Assembly (NCBI GenBank): GCA_963674945.2
Contig: CAXXWQ010000004.1
Span: forward strand, 768,001-832,000
DNA length: 64,000 nt
From: an uncultured Desulfosarcina sp.
GTDB lineage: Bacteria; Desulfobacterota; Desulfobacteria; Desulfobacterales; Desulfosarcinaceae
Direction of reading: 5' to 3'
Positions 10,889-20,554 of the stretch are shown piece by piece. Numbering within the stretch: the first letter of the stretch is position 1; each line of letters opens with the position of its first letter. Position numbers and translations under genes: made by a program. The notes beneath the pieces were generated by a model. It saw only the letters and a list, made by a program, of their open reading frames with translations. It did no database searches and was not told the origin of the DNA.

Positions 10889-10965
10889 GGGCCGTTAGCT
10901 CAACTAGGCAGAGCACCTGACTCTTAATCAGTAGGTTGAAGGTTCGATTCCTTCACGGCCCACCA
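10889..10965 (+). tRNA. tRNA-Lys(CTT)
   Basis: GGGCCGT/ACGGCCC acceptor stem, D-arm GCTC..GAGC, anticodon loop CTCTTAA, GGTTCGATTCC T-arm, encoded CCA. Confidence 0.97.
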
Positions 10966-10974
10966 GAAAATACT

Positions 10975-11017
10975 AAGCGAAATCGGTTACTTATACCGAT
11001 TTCGCTTTTTTGTTTTT
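10975..11017 (+). terminator. Rho-independent terminator after the tRNA
   Basis: 13-bp perfect stem AAGCGAAATCGGT/ACCGATTTCGCTT followed by a T-tract. Confidence 0.8.
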
Positions 11018-11035
11018 AGGGGGTTTTTATCTAAA

Positions 11036-11057
11036 AAATGACAAGGAAATGACAAGG
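11036..11057 (+). repeat. Tandem 11-bp repeat, candidate integrase arm-type sites
   Basis: AAATGACAAGG twice, ~70 bp downstream of the tRNA end. Confidence 0.5.
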
Positions 11058-11267
11058 TCGGTGGGCATATGATCGAAAAGATAAAATCAAAGCCGAATGT
11101 CCGCGCCAATACGTGACATACAAGCCATTGCGAGGGTTTTCCTGAAGAGGGTTGGCCCAAACCAAAAAGTTTCAGTGGTTAGGTGCAAGATGCGCCTTCC
11201 ATCGACAAAATATACGCAGATAAAACCATCATGATTTTGCTCAACCGTTAGTACCCATACGGAGGGC

Positions 11268-12695
11268 ATGTCCATGAACGAAACCCCCACCAAAATCAAT
11301 CCCGTTTGCCAGCAAATGTTGAACTGTCGGTTGACAGGCAACATCACGCCGATCAGCTGGTTTCGCAATATATTGACTGGATCGGGCAAGCCCGATGTTG
11401 TCGCGATCATCCTTTTATCGGATATCGTCTATTGGTACACGCCGATGATGACCCGGGACGAGCACACCGGTGATGTGATCGGTATTCAGCAAAAGTTCCA
11501 AGCCGACAAACTCCAAAAGACCTACCAGGAATATTCTGACATCTTCGGCTTTTCCAAAAACCAGATCAAAAACGCCATCGACAATCTTTGCAATCAAAAT
11601 CTGATCACCCGCGAGTTTCGCCACATCAAGACGGGAAGTGGTCTTGCCATCACCAACGTGATGTATATCGAGCCAATTATCGAAAATATCATCAATATTT
11701 CCAATAAATCCAGATCCCCCCAAAAAGTTAGGGGATATCCCCCTAAAAAGTTGGGGGATATCCCATCAAAAAGTTTGGGGGTATCCCCCCAAAAAGTTGG
11801 GGGACCTCCCCCTAAAAAGTATGGGGATATCCCCCCAAAAAATGGGGGGACGTATACAAAGACTACTACAGAGATTACTACAAAGAATACTACAGCAACT
11901 ACCGGCGAGGCGGCGGTCGCTTTTTGTAAAAATAATTTTCCAGATTCCATTCGATCCCGCATCCCCAAAATTTACCAAGACCACAAAGACGTACTGGCAA
12001 GCATTGACACGTATCTGCAATCCCACGGCAAGTCCTACGTCACCACCGAACTCGACTATGCCATTGAAAACTCGACCAAGAATGGCGGATTTCCTGGATT
12101 CTTTAAACGCTCGCTGGAAAATGGCTGGGGAACCGAGAACCTGAAAGTTCAGCAGGCAGATCAGGACGAACGACTATTACGGGAACGCCGGCAAAAAGAA
12201 AAAGAGCTTGAAGCGGCACGCACCGAGCAACAACGCCTTGCTGATATCAAAAAACAGGACCGGCAACTCGATCAGAGAGTTCAGGAAACGCTCGAGGGCC
12301 TTTCACCTCCGGAACTGGATCGCATCAAGTCCGAGGCCTGGACGCAAGCCGAACAAAAAATCCCCAGCCCCAGGGGGCACAAAAGCCAGCTGCTTACAGC
12401 CGCAAAAGAAAAACTGTCCACCCTTTCCGATTCCGAACGAGAAACCCTCTTTGAGGTTGCCAAGACATCCGTGCGTTCTTCCATCGGCAACCTGTTGGGA
12501 GAAAACCATCCCGGATTTCACCGTGCAGTCGAAAATCAGATGCTTGTGGAGATCCAGGAGAGGTACCCCCTTCATACGCCTCTATCCGACCTCCGGCAAA
12601 AACAGATTGAAGCCGAGGCTGATCGGATTTTACGGTTCATGGTCATTCGAAAATACGGTCTTTTAAATAACCAGGAAGCCAGGGATTCACCATGA
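11268..12695 (+). CDS. Phage-type replication initiator-like protein
   Basis: N-terminal GNITPISWF..GKPDVVAIILLSDIVYWY..KFQADKLQ region with winged HTH, central iteron-encoded repeat and Thr-rich linker, as in phage initiators. Confidence 0.7.
   Translation: MSMNETPTKINPVCQQMLNCRLTGNITPISWFRNILTGSGKPDVVAIILLSDIVYWYTPMMTRDEHTGDVIGIQQKFQADKLQKTYQEYSDIFGFSKNQIKNAIDNLCNQNLITREFRHIKTGSGLAITNVMYIEPIIENIINISNKSRSPQKVRGYPPKKLGDIPSKSLGVSPQKVGGPPPKKYGDIPPKNGGTYTKTTTEITTKNTTATTGEAAVAFCKNNFPDSIRSRIPKIYQDHKDVLASIDTYLQSHGKSYVTTELDYAIENSTKNGGFPGFFKRSLENGWGTENLKVQQADQDERLLRERRQKEKELEAARTEQQRLADIKKQDRQLDQRVQETLEGLSPPELDRIKSEAWTQAEQKIPSPRGHKSQLLTAAKEKLSTLSDSERETLFEVAKTSVRSSIGNLLGENHPGFHRAVENQMLVEIQERYPLHTPLSDLRQKQIEAEADRILRFMVIRKYGLLNNQEARDSP
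11714..11851. repeat. Six tandem 23-bp palindromic repeats (putative iterons/origin)
   Basis: Consensus ATCCCCCYAAAAAGTTGGGGGAT, units starting at 11714, 11737, 11760, 11783, 11806 and 11829. Confidence 0.9.
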
Positions 12696-12868
12696 AACAT
12701 ATCTTTTTTCCGATCGTGATTTTGGCAGCGCTACTCGGTTGCGGCAAACAGACAATCCCCGTCAAAGAGGATGTCTCTCTAAACATTGCCGAACCAAGGC
12801 AATTTCACGGCAGCGATATCGTCAATTGCAAAATAATCCATCAACAACATCGTCAAAAGGAGGATTGA
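12692..12868 (+). CDS. Small lipoprotein (58 aa, below the ORF-track cut-off)
   Basis: MKHIFFPIVILAALLGC lipobox; ATGA overlap with the upstream stop; ends 3 bp before the pilin start. Confidence 0.6.
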   Translation: MKHIFFPIVILAALLGCGKQTIPVKEDVSLNIAEPRQFHGSDIVNCKIIHQQHRQKED

Positions 12869-12871
12869 GTC

Positions 12872-13207
12872 ATGCAAGCCGTCAAAAAAGTAAGTATCGC
12901 CCTGTTTTTTTTGACCGTCGGATTTTGCCCGGCTGCGGCATTCGCTTTCCAGGCGCCGGCCGCTGGAAGCTTTGCATACAGCGTCTATGACCTTTTCATG
13001 AACGAGATTCTAACGGGCGCCATCGGTTTTACCATCGCCGCCGGTTTGGTTCTCTACGCTATATTCTGGGCGGTCCGCAGCAACGTATTCGGCACCATCA
13101 CCTGCGCCATCTGTGCAGGTCTCATCATCTTCATCGAGGAGGTCGTTGTCTCCTTAGGAATAACCTTTTCGGATATCGAAAGCATCGTCTCGAAATCCTT
13201 GTTTTAG
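12872..13207 (+). CDS. traA: Conjugative pilin
   Basis: Signal peptide plus two hydrophobic helices; first gene before traL/E/K/B. Confidence 0.7.
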   Translation: MQAVKKVSIALFFLTVGFCPAAAFAFQAPAAGSFAYSVYDLFMNEILTGAIGFTIAAGLVLYAIFWAVRSNVFGTITCAICAGLIIFIEEVVVSLGITFSDIESIVSKSLF

Positions 13208-13231
13208 GCCATTCACCATGGAGGATCACGG

Positions 13232-13504
13232 ATGAGATACCAGATACCCCGCTACTTGAACGAACAGGTCCGGTTTGTCGGAATGCAAAGCGATGAGTTC
13301 ATCATATGCCTGCTCTCTGTCTATTTTTGCGCGATCTTTCGGTTTCAGTGGTTGGTCGTGCTGCTCAACCTGACGATGGTCGCTTCCTTCATCTGGCTCA
13401 ATCGCAATTTCCCCAGAGGGTTCATCCGGCATCTTGCCTATTTCAGCGGATTTTTCAGATTTTCCAAATATCCTGACTTTTTTGCCAACAGGTTTATCGA
13501 ATGA
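13232..13504 (+). CDS. traL: F-type T4SS protein TraL
   Basis: YQIPRYLNE..DEF..PRGFIRHLAYFSG pattern; 90 aa; synteny. Confidence 0.85.
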   Translation: MRYQIPRYLNEQVRFVGMQSDEFIICLLSVYFCAIFRFQWLVVLLNLTMVASFIWLNRNFPRGFIRHLAYFSGFFRFSKYPDFFANRFIE

Positions 13505-14061
13505 AACTATCCATCTACGGAGATAAATTGGCCAATGCCCTAGCCGAAAACAGGCTGCTCAAGTTCTGTTTATTGCTGACCCTGGGTATTACGATCGTCA
13601 ATTCAATCGTGTCCTACCATGCGATGAACAGCCAGAAGGTGGTGATCCTGCCACCGATGGTGGATCATAAAATCGAGATCCGGGGCAACGATGCAGACGA
13701 TGAATATCTCAAACTGATGGGTCGGTATTCGATCAAGCTGCTTTTGGATTATACCCCCAGCAATGCAGAGCAGAACTTTTCCGATTTTCTTAAACTGGCG
13801 TCTCCTGGCGTTTTCAGTTCCATGCGAAGCGACCTCAACAAAATCATCGAGGAGGTGATTCGTCTGAGGGTCAGTTCATCTTTCCAGATTCATTCGATCA
13901 AAAAGCTGGGGACCACGAACCGGATCGAACTGATCGGCCTTCGAAGCAAGTATGCCGATGACGTAAGCATCGAAAAGGCCATCGAAAACCACATCATCGA
14001 ATATGAAATCGATGACGGCACCTTCAGGATCACGGGAGTATCCCAAAAAAATGATACGTAA
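13501..14061 (+). CDS. traE: F-type T4SS protein TraE
   Basis: N-terminal TM, VVILPP, EYLKLMG..LLLDYTPSN; synteny. Confidence 0.85.
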   Translation: MKLSIYGDKLANALAENRLLKFCLLLTLGITIVNSIVSYHAMNSQKVVILPPMVDHKIEIRGNDADDEYLKLMGRYSIKLLLDYTPSNAEQNFSDFLKLASPGVFSSMRSDLNKIIEEVIRLRVSSSFQIHSIKKLGTTNRIELIGLRSKYADDVSIEKAIENHIIEYEIDDGTFRITGVSQKNDT

Positions 14062-14830
14062 ACAATTACCCCGATTTTTGTTCGTCGTTTTGGCAGTTTT
14101 CCTGTTTCCAACGCTCTGCCAGGCATCTGAACAAGCCGCACAAGAGTCGATCAAGTACCAGGTATCGGAACAGGCGCCCTCGGTGGAACTGGCGCCGAAA
14201 GCCATCAATCGTATCCACTGCAGCGAGCCCATCCAAAACATCAATGCGCCCCAGGCATTACAGATGGAGGTGGAATACCAGGGAAACAACGCCTTCGTTA
14301 CGCTGGGTGAGCATTCAAAACGGGGAGTCATCTACATCATTACGAAAGGTGGGGACGTTTTCTCGATGGAAATCATTCCCAAAAGGGGCCTTAAGGCCAG
14401 GGTCCTGAAACTGGATTCACGAAAGCAAAAAGCCATTGACAACCAACTCAAGTTTGCCGGGCTGGACAAAGAGACAGCGGCCGTTGATCTGATTCGAAAC
14501 GCCTTTGCCGACACTATTCCTGAGAACTTCAATGTGACTGTTAAGGATCAACAAATCGATGAAATCGAGCGGCTAAGAATCCGCTTTCGGCGCAGTGTAA
14601 CGATCGATGGCGTGCCCCTTCAACTGAACGAATACCTGGTAACGATGGCGCCTGCATCGAAAACGGAAGAGATAACGGTGGATGAAACCAGTTTTCTGGT
14701 CCCCGAACTTACCCGCAACCCAACGGCCATCTGTCTGGGACAGGATTTGGCGCATTTTATCGACGGCAAGGCGGTCTTGCGGTCCGGTAAATACATGCGT
14801 CTTTTTATCGTCGAACAATCATCTAACTGA
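14051..14830 (+). CDS. traK: F-type T4SS protein TraK
   Basis: Signal peptide, VELAPKAINRIHC; located between traE and traB. Confidence 0.8.
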   Translation: MIRKQLPRFLFVVLAVFLFPTLCQASEQAAQESIKYQVSEQAPSVELAPKAINRIHCSEPIQNINAPQALQMEVEYQGNNAFVTLGEHSKRGVIYIITKGGDVFSMEIIPKRGLKARVLKLDSRKQKAIDNQLKFAGLDKETAAVDLIRNAFADTIPENFNVTVKDQQIDEIERLRIRFRRSVTIDGVPLQLNEYLVTMAPASKTEEITVDETSFLVPELTRNPTAICLGQDLAHFIDGKAVLRSGKYMRLFIVEQSSN

Positions 14831-14839
14831 TTGAAGCCC

Positions 14840-16114
14840 ATGAAAAAACTCAAAGAGCTGTTTCGAGACCTAAAAAGCAAAGACAAGAGCAGGATCGTAA
14901 AGACCGTCATCGGTTTGATTCTGGTCGTCGTTGTGGCAAGTGCCTACCAATTCACCAAGGATAAAGAAAGGCAGATCCCGACGCGCAGTGATGTCAAGAA
15001 AAACACCTTACAATTCGATGAGCGGACCTTCGAGAAGACGATCTATAACAAAACCCGTGCGGATGTCGAAGACCTGCGAAACGATTTGCTCCTTTTCAAA
15101 AAGGAAATGCGGGATATGCTCTCTAAAAAAATTCAAGAGGTCGACAAAAAACAGCGGTACGGAAACAAACAGGATGTGCCTAATCCCCTGCTGGATTCCG
15201 CTGCACACAAAAAGAACCTCGGTAGTGTTCCAACCAAAAACATCGCCTTTACGACACCTCCCCCATCTGTGATCGACAAAATACAGCGCAACCAGGTTCC
15301 CTCACCCAAGAAGAATCTTTATCAGGAAAGTCGGCCCCGGAGAAAACGATCCACCGGTAAAAAAACTGATCCGCCCATCAAGCAGATTTCGGTTTTTACC
15401 AATCCCCAGTCGAACGCCACCGACCCGCAAAATAACGAAGCCATCGAAGTCCATCTGCCACCTTCCTTCATGGAGGCCAATCTTCTCAATGGTGTCACCG
15501 CACCGGCTACGGATGTGGGAAGAAACAATCCCATCCCCATGCTGATCCGGGTGAACAACCTGGCAGTGCTGCCCAACAACGTAAAGAGCAATACCAAGGG
15601 TTGTTTCGTTGTGGCCGAGGGGTATGGAAGCCTTGCCGATGAAAGGGTGCACGCCCGCTTGTTGTCGCTATCCTGCATCAACCAAAAAGGAGGAACGGTG
15701 ATCGATCAGGCCATCAAAGGGTTTGTCGTCGATACCGACGGCAAGGAGGGCATGAAAGGCCATGTGTACGCAAAATTCGGGCAGCAGATCGCCCGGGTGG
15801 CGATCGCCGGATTTCTGGAAGGCTTGGGAGACGCAATGACCCTGGGACAGCAAGAATTCACCTATGGGGTCAATACAGGCGTTCGAACCGGTCAATTCAA
15901 GGATACCGATCCGGACACCCTGGCCAAGGCCGGCATCGGCCAGGGTATCGTCAACGTGGCCGAAGATCTTCGAAGATTCTATCTGGATCTGGCCGAACAG
16001 AGTCTGCCGGTCATCGAGGTCCACCCCACGAAAAACATCACCATCGTGATCAGTGAGGGTGTGGATATCTCCATAAAGAAACAAGAAACCTCAAAAGTGG
16101 AGCTGGAAGGATAA
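14840..16114 (+). CDS. traB: TraB/VirB10-family protein
   Basis: TM segment, coiled coil, Pro-rich linker, ANLLNGVTAP, GCFVVAEGYGSLADER, DGKEGMKG, YLDLAEQSLPVIEV. Confidence 0.92.
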   Translation: MKKLKELFRDLKSKDKSRIVKTVIGLILVVVVASAYQFTKDKERQIPTRSDVKKNTLQFDERTFEKTIYNKTRADVEDLRNDLLLFKKEMRDMLSKKIQEVDKKQRYGNKQDVPNPLLDSAAHKKNLGSVPTKNIAFTTPPPSVIDKIQRNQVPSPKKNLYQESRPRRKRSTGKKTDPPIKQISVFTNPQSNATDPQNNEAIEVHLPPSFMEANLLNGVTAPATDVGRNNPIPMLIRVNNLAVLPNNVKSNTKGCFVVAEGYGSLADERVHARLLSLSCINQKGGTVIDQAIKGFVVDTDGKEGMKGHVYAKFGQQIARVAIAGFLEGLGDAMTLGQQEFTYGVNTGVRTGQFKDTDPDTLAKAGIGQGIVNVAEDLRRFYLDLAEQSLPVIEVHPTKNITIVISEGVDISIKKQETSKVELEG

Positions 16115-16115
16115 A

Positions 16116-16574
16116 ATGAAAACGATATGGTTGTTTTTCCTCCTGTCCGTCGTGGTTTTGCTTACCGGCTGCGAAACCATGAACCCCTATGATGAATCCA
16201 GCGATTGCCCGGACCCGTTCAACGGCGATTGCGTTTCCATGGATACAGCCTACCGGCGATCCAAAGCGAATCCGAAAAACATGGAATCCATGAACATCGA
16301 TCCGAATCATGATTCACCTTTAATAAAGGATCGCCCCCAATCGAGCGATACCGGTGAGATTTTTAAACCACGCCAGGATCGCGTTTACAAAGAAGAGCTA
16401 TATCAGGAAATCGCCGGCCTGGTGAAAAGCCCCATCACGCCGGTCCGGATTCCTGCTAAACAAATGCGGGTTCTTATTTTGGGATACGACCGGGAAGATC
16501 GCTTCTACGGCCATCGCTACATCTTTTTCGAAAGCGATAAACCCCGCTGGATTTTGGATATCATCGAAGAGTAA
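16116..16574 (+). CDS. traV: TraV lipoprotein
   Basis: LTGC lipobox, CPDPFNGDCVS, PVRIPAKQMRVLI. Confidence 0.85.
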   Translation: MKTIWLFFLLSVVVLLTGCETMNPYDESSDCPDPFNGDCVSMDTAYRRSKANPKNMESMNIDPNHDSPLIKDRPQSSDTGEIFKPRQDRVYKEELYQEIAGLVKSPITPVRIPAKQMRVLILGYDREDRFYGHRYIFFESDKPRWILDIIEE

Positions 16575-16578
16575 GGCT

Positions 16579-19074
16579 ATGCTGATACTGGATAAAATAT
16601 TGGGTGTGGACGATGCTTTCAACGCCCAGCGATTTGTAGGTTTGGCCAATCGGGACAAACTATCTTCCTACCTACCCTACCAGGCATGGGACAGAGGCAG
16701 CAAAGTCTACCACAGTGCCGACGACACCTTTGGCTATGTGTGGGAATGCACGCCGTTGGTGTATGCTGCCGAAAAGGTATTCGAAAACCTGAAAGGATGC
16801 ATCCACAGCGGGATACCGTTCGGCAGCGTTCTCCAATTCATGATGTACGCCGATCCGGATTGCACCGGCCTTTTCGACCATTACCAAGCGTTGAAGACAC
16901 GCCATAATCCTTTTCTGGACACTCTCACCGATAACATGATTCAGCATCTCTGTGGAGCCGAGTTTGGTTTGAAAAGCACAAACAATATTCCTGTGAGAAA
17001 TTTCCGGTTGTTGGTGAGCCTCAAGTTTCCACCGGGACAACCGCTTAGCGATCGCCTCGAATTCGCGGCCCTTTCGGTGGCCGAAGCGCTCAAGGGCGCC
17101 GGCTTGCATCCCAATCCCATCGACCCCAATGGTTTGATCAGATTTTTATCCAAGATTCTCAACGCCGGTTCCAACACACCGATTTCCCCTTATGATCCGG
17201 AGAGGCAAATCCGCAAACAGATTATCCGCGCGGGTATGATCGATACCAAATTCAGCCATGTTAAGATCAACGGCGCGTGTGCCAAAAAGTTTCTGAAGGC
17301 CCAAACCGTGAAGGGATGGCCCATCGGCGAGATCGAGCCGCTCACCATGAACCATATCATGGGCGGCATCATGGGCGCCAATGACGACAACAATCAGATT
17401 ACCTGCCCGTTCTGGGTTACCGTAAACATCGTGTTCGAGGGACTTTCCAAAAGGATTCGTTCCAAAACCGAGTTGATGATCCGCCAGGAGAAAAGAGGAG
17501 TCCGCGGCCAAAAAGAAAACGAAAGGGAGGCCGAGTATCGCTGGGCTGCCAAGGAGTTGATCAGCGGCAACCTGTTTGTACGGGTCATCCCCATCATCTG
17601 GAACATCGGCCGCTCCGCAGAAGAGGTCGATACCAACTGCGCGCAGATCAGTCGGATATGGCACTCCCAGGGAGGCGGGTTCACGCTCCAGGAGGATATG
17701 GGTATCCTTACGCCGCTGTTAATCGCATCGTTGCCCCTGGGCCTTTACAACATCGGCACCAACATCGATTTCATGGAGCGGGACAAAATCATGCCGGCAG
17801 AGACCGCCCTGCGACTATTGCCTGTACAAGGCGATTTCACCGGTTCCGGACAGCCCACGGCCCTTTTTCTGGGACGAAAAGGACAAGTCGTCTCCTATGG
17901 AATGTTCAACGAAGGGTCGACCAACAACAACGCGGTCGTCACTGCAACGACCGGTGCTGGCAAATCCTACCTGATGAACTATCTTCTCAAGGAGATTTAC
18001 TCCAATGGCGGATTGATCCGGATCTTCGACTTGGGCAGGAGCTACGAAAAGCTGACCAAGATATTGGGGGGCAACTTCATCGAGTTCAACGAAAACTCCA
18101 GTGTATCGTTAAATCCATTCACTCACATTCGAAATATCGACGAATCCATCGACTCCATATCGGCAATCCTCTATCAGATGTGCTACTCGGCAACGGGCCA
18201 GATGCCCACGGAAACCAAAATGACCATCTTAAAAAACACGGCGCGGATGGCCTGGGAGCTTGAAGGAAATGATGCCGGCATCGATACGATTTACAGGTTC
18301 CTGAACCGCTTCACTGAGGTATCCAAGCGCATGGAGGCTGACATCGATCTGTCCAAGATCAAGGATATCGACTCCATTGCCGCAGAACTGGGATTCAATC
18401 TGAAGGATTTCACCACGAAGGGTCCCTATGGAAAGTGGTTTGCCGGACCGGCTACCCTGGACATCCGCAGCGATGAGTTCGTGGTCCTGGAGGTGGATTC
18501 ACTTAAGGACATGGATTCTTTGTTTCGTGTGGTTTGCATGCAGATCATCCATTACATCACCCAGAATCTCTATCTTTCCGATCGACAAAGACCGCGAGTG
18601 ATCGTCTTCGAAGAGACGGCCCAATGGGTCAGCAAGGATAGCTTCATCGCCATGGTCATCGAGGCCGGATATCGCCTGGCACGCAAATATTTCGGATCGT
18701 TCATCACGGTCCTACAATCGCCTTTGGACATCATCAATTTCGGTAAGGTTGGCCGGGTGATCAACTCCAACTCGGCTTACAAGTTCTACCTGGAGTCAAG
18801 GGACTATCCCCAGGCCATCCAAGAGAAGATCATCGAATATGACGAATTCATGGGAGCAATCTTAAGCTCGGTACGTCTTGTGAAGCCCAAGTATTCCGAA
18901 TTCTTGATGGAGACGCCCAATGGAACTGGTGTAACCCGGCTCTCCCTTGATCCGGTAGCCTACTATGCCTTTACTTCCGATCCACAGGACAACGCCCGTA
19001 TCAATGCCCTTTTAAAGGAGGGATATTTATATCATGAAGCGATTCAAAAGCTCGCCGATCAAAGGAGTTTTTAG
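16579..19074 (+). CDS. traC: TraC/VirB4-family ATPase
   Basis: NAVVTATTGAGKS Walker A, IFDLGRSY, SLNPF, IVFEE Walker B, GYRLARKYFGSF. Confidence 0.95.
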   Translation: MLILDKILGVDDAFNAQRFVGLANRDKLSSYLPYQAWDRGSKVYHSADDTFGYVWECTPLVYAAEKVFENLKGCIHSGIPFGSVLQFMMYADPDCTGLFDHYQALKTRHNPFLDTLTDNMIQHLCGAEFGLKSTNNIPVRNFRLLVSLKFPPGQPLSDRLEFAALSVAEALKGAGLHPNPIDPNGLIRFLSKILNAGSNTPISPYDPERQIRKQIIRAGMIDTKFSHVKINGACAKKFLKAQTVKGWPIGEIEPLTMNHIMGGIMGANDDNNQITCPFWVTVNIVFEGLSKRIRSKTELMIRQEKRGVRGQKENEREAEYRWAAKELISGNLFVRVIPIIWNIGRSAEEVDTNCAQISRIWHSQGGGFTLQEDMGILTPLLIASLPLGLYNIGTNIDFMERDKIMPAETALRLLPVQGDFTGSGQPTALFLGRKGQVVSYGMFNEGSTNNNAVVTATTGAGKSYLMNYLLKEIYSNGGLIRIFDLGRSYEKLTKILGGNFIEFNENSSVSLNPFTHIRNIDESIDSISAILYQMCYSATGQMPTETKMTILKNTARMAWELEGNDAGIDTIYRFLNRFTEVSKRMEADIDLSKIKDIDSIAAELGFNLKDFTTKGPYGKWFAGPATLDIRSDEFVVLEVDSLKDMDSLFRVVCMQIIHYITQNLYLSDRQRPRVIVFEETAQWVSKDSFIAMVIEAGYRLARKYFGSFITVLQSPLDIINFGKVGRVINSNSAYKFYLESRDYPQAIQEKIIEYDEFMGAILSSVRLVKPKYSEFLMETPNGTGVTRLSLDPVAYYAFTSDPQDNARINALLKEGYLYHEAIQKLADQRSF

Positions 19075-19618
19075 CATCGGTGTGTTGGTGATTTGTCTGG
19101 TCGTCATTGAAATGGATGTCCAGGCCAAGAACCTGGGCCGTGTGGGGCCAGTATATCCGATCGTTGAGAAAGCGGTAACGCCTGATCAAGACAGTTCGGA
19201 TCATCGCCCTCAACCGCCCTACCCCATGTCGCTGCCGGTCGCACTGGCCGAAACACAGGAGTTTCTGGATTTGACCTATACAGTTCCCTGGGACATCGCC
19301 GATGCGAAAGGAAATATCGTCTACCCGAAAGGGTATCGCTACAATCCTTTGGCACATCGCCGTTTTCGCACCATGATCGTCATCGATGGAAGTGAGCCGA
19401 ACCAGATCGACTGGGCACTGCATCTGGAACAGACCTCCGACCCCATGACGCGTGTGGTGATCACCCAGGGCAACCCAAAAGACGTATCCCAACGATTCAA
19501 CCGGCGCGTTTACCGATTGCATCCAAAGCTGGCTCAGCGCTTTGGGATAAAGAACGTACCCACCATCGTCCAACAGAAAGGAGAGATCCTTGCGGTTACA
19601 TCGAAGCCTGTCCATTAG
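19034..19618 (+). CDS. traW: TraW-like protein
   Basis: NLGRVGPVYPIVE, DAKGNIVYPKGYRYNPL, IVIDG, LAQRFGIKNVPTIV. Confidence 0.8.
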   Translation: MKRFKSSPIKGVFSIGVLVICLVVIEMDVQAKNLGRVGPVYPIVEKAVTPDQDSSDHRPQPPYPMSLPVALAETQEFLDLTYTVPWDIADAKGNIVYPKGYRYNPLAHRRFRTMIVIDGSEPNQIDWALHLEQTSDPMTRVVITQGNPKDVSQRFNRRVYRLHPKLAQRFGIKNVPTIVQQKGEILAVTSKPVH

Positions 19619-20519
19619 TTGGATACTGATTCTTCTGCTGCCCACGCTTGTGGGTGCGACATGAATCGAACAGGAATGGAACCCGGGTGGGTTCGACTTC
19701 GAGTTTGAAGTGCTTAGCGCCTGTGTTTGTTGTTCCAGTCCGTATGATTGCAGATATGGTGCGCTCATCGCATTTTGGGAACCTCACCGAATTATCGAGA
19801 CGGTCAAAGACCCGTATTGTTCGCCGACCGGATCGCAATCCTTTCTGCTGAGCGAAGGGGCAGGATCTTTGGATCAATTGTTTTTCAGCGGGACTCATTC
19901 CGACCATTCCAATACGGAAGACGCAACTGTTTTTGCGCAAGTACATTATCTTACTCACCCTATGCTGAATGTAATGATCACGGTCTTTGACGGTATCTGC
20001 CATGAGTTTTCGGACAGTAGAATGGAATACATCACGGAGATCGACGGTGAGTGGCAAGAAATCTACAGCTCCATGTGGTGGCCGGAAGCATCGCTGTTTG
20101 CCACGTATCCCATGGTCGAAGCCTGCATGGCCGATGCCGCTACGGCACAGTTCGGAACACCCATGGATGCATTGTACTGGTGCCTGGGCGCATGGGGGAC
20201 CCTTTTTAACATGAATGGCCATTTCAACCAGGATGAGTACACCACGGGAAATGCTGGCCTTGCTGCCCGGGCCGTCGCCCATATGGGTCGCCTGGGCTTG
20301 TTGATGGATGCCGCCTCCGTACCTTGTTACGCCGTACCGATGCCCATCTGGATAAAAAGCTATTTCAGGCTGCAGCCACTAAGGCCGAGTGAACGGCCTT
20401 TTAAGATTCCTATCGGCATGGATCCGCTATTTTGGGCCGGAGGCCTGAACCGTGTGGAATTGGGCGGCGACAACTTTGCGTGGCTTCTGTGGAGGCTTCG
20501 TATTTGCTGTGCCAGTTGA
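19590..20519 (+). CDS. traU: TraU-family protein with an in-frame TGA at codon 25 (selenocysteine or nonsense mutation)
   Basis: IAFWEP..IETVKDPYC, FAQVHY, YITEIDGEW, LYWCLGAWG, PMPIWIKS, WR.RICCA; the frame extends upstream through TGA 19662-19664 to a TTG start with AAAGGAG RBS and a signal peptide. Confidence 0.85.
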
Positions 20520-20554
20520 TTACAAATCTTTAGGGAAGTATTTCGTGAACTGAC

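Noticed and set aside
11714..11851. CRISPR array interpretation of the 23-bp palindromic repeats
   Set aside because: The repeats are contiguous with no spacers, lie inside a CDS, and no cas genes are present
19710..20519. ORF-track start for traU
   Set aside because: It gives no signal peptide or RBS; the upstream TTG at 19590 supplies both
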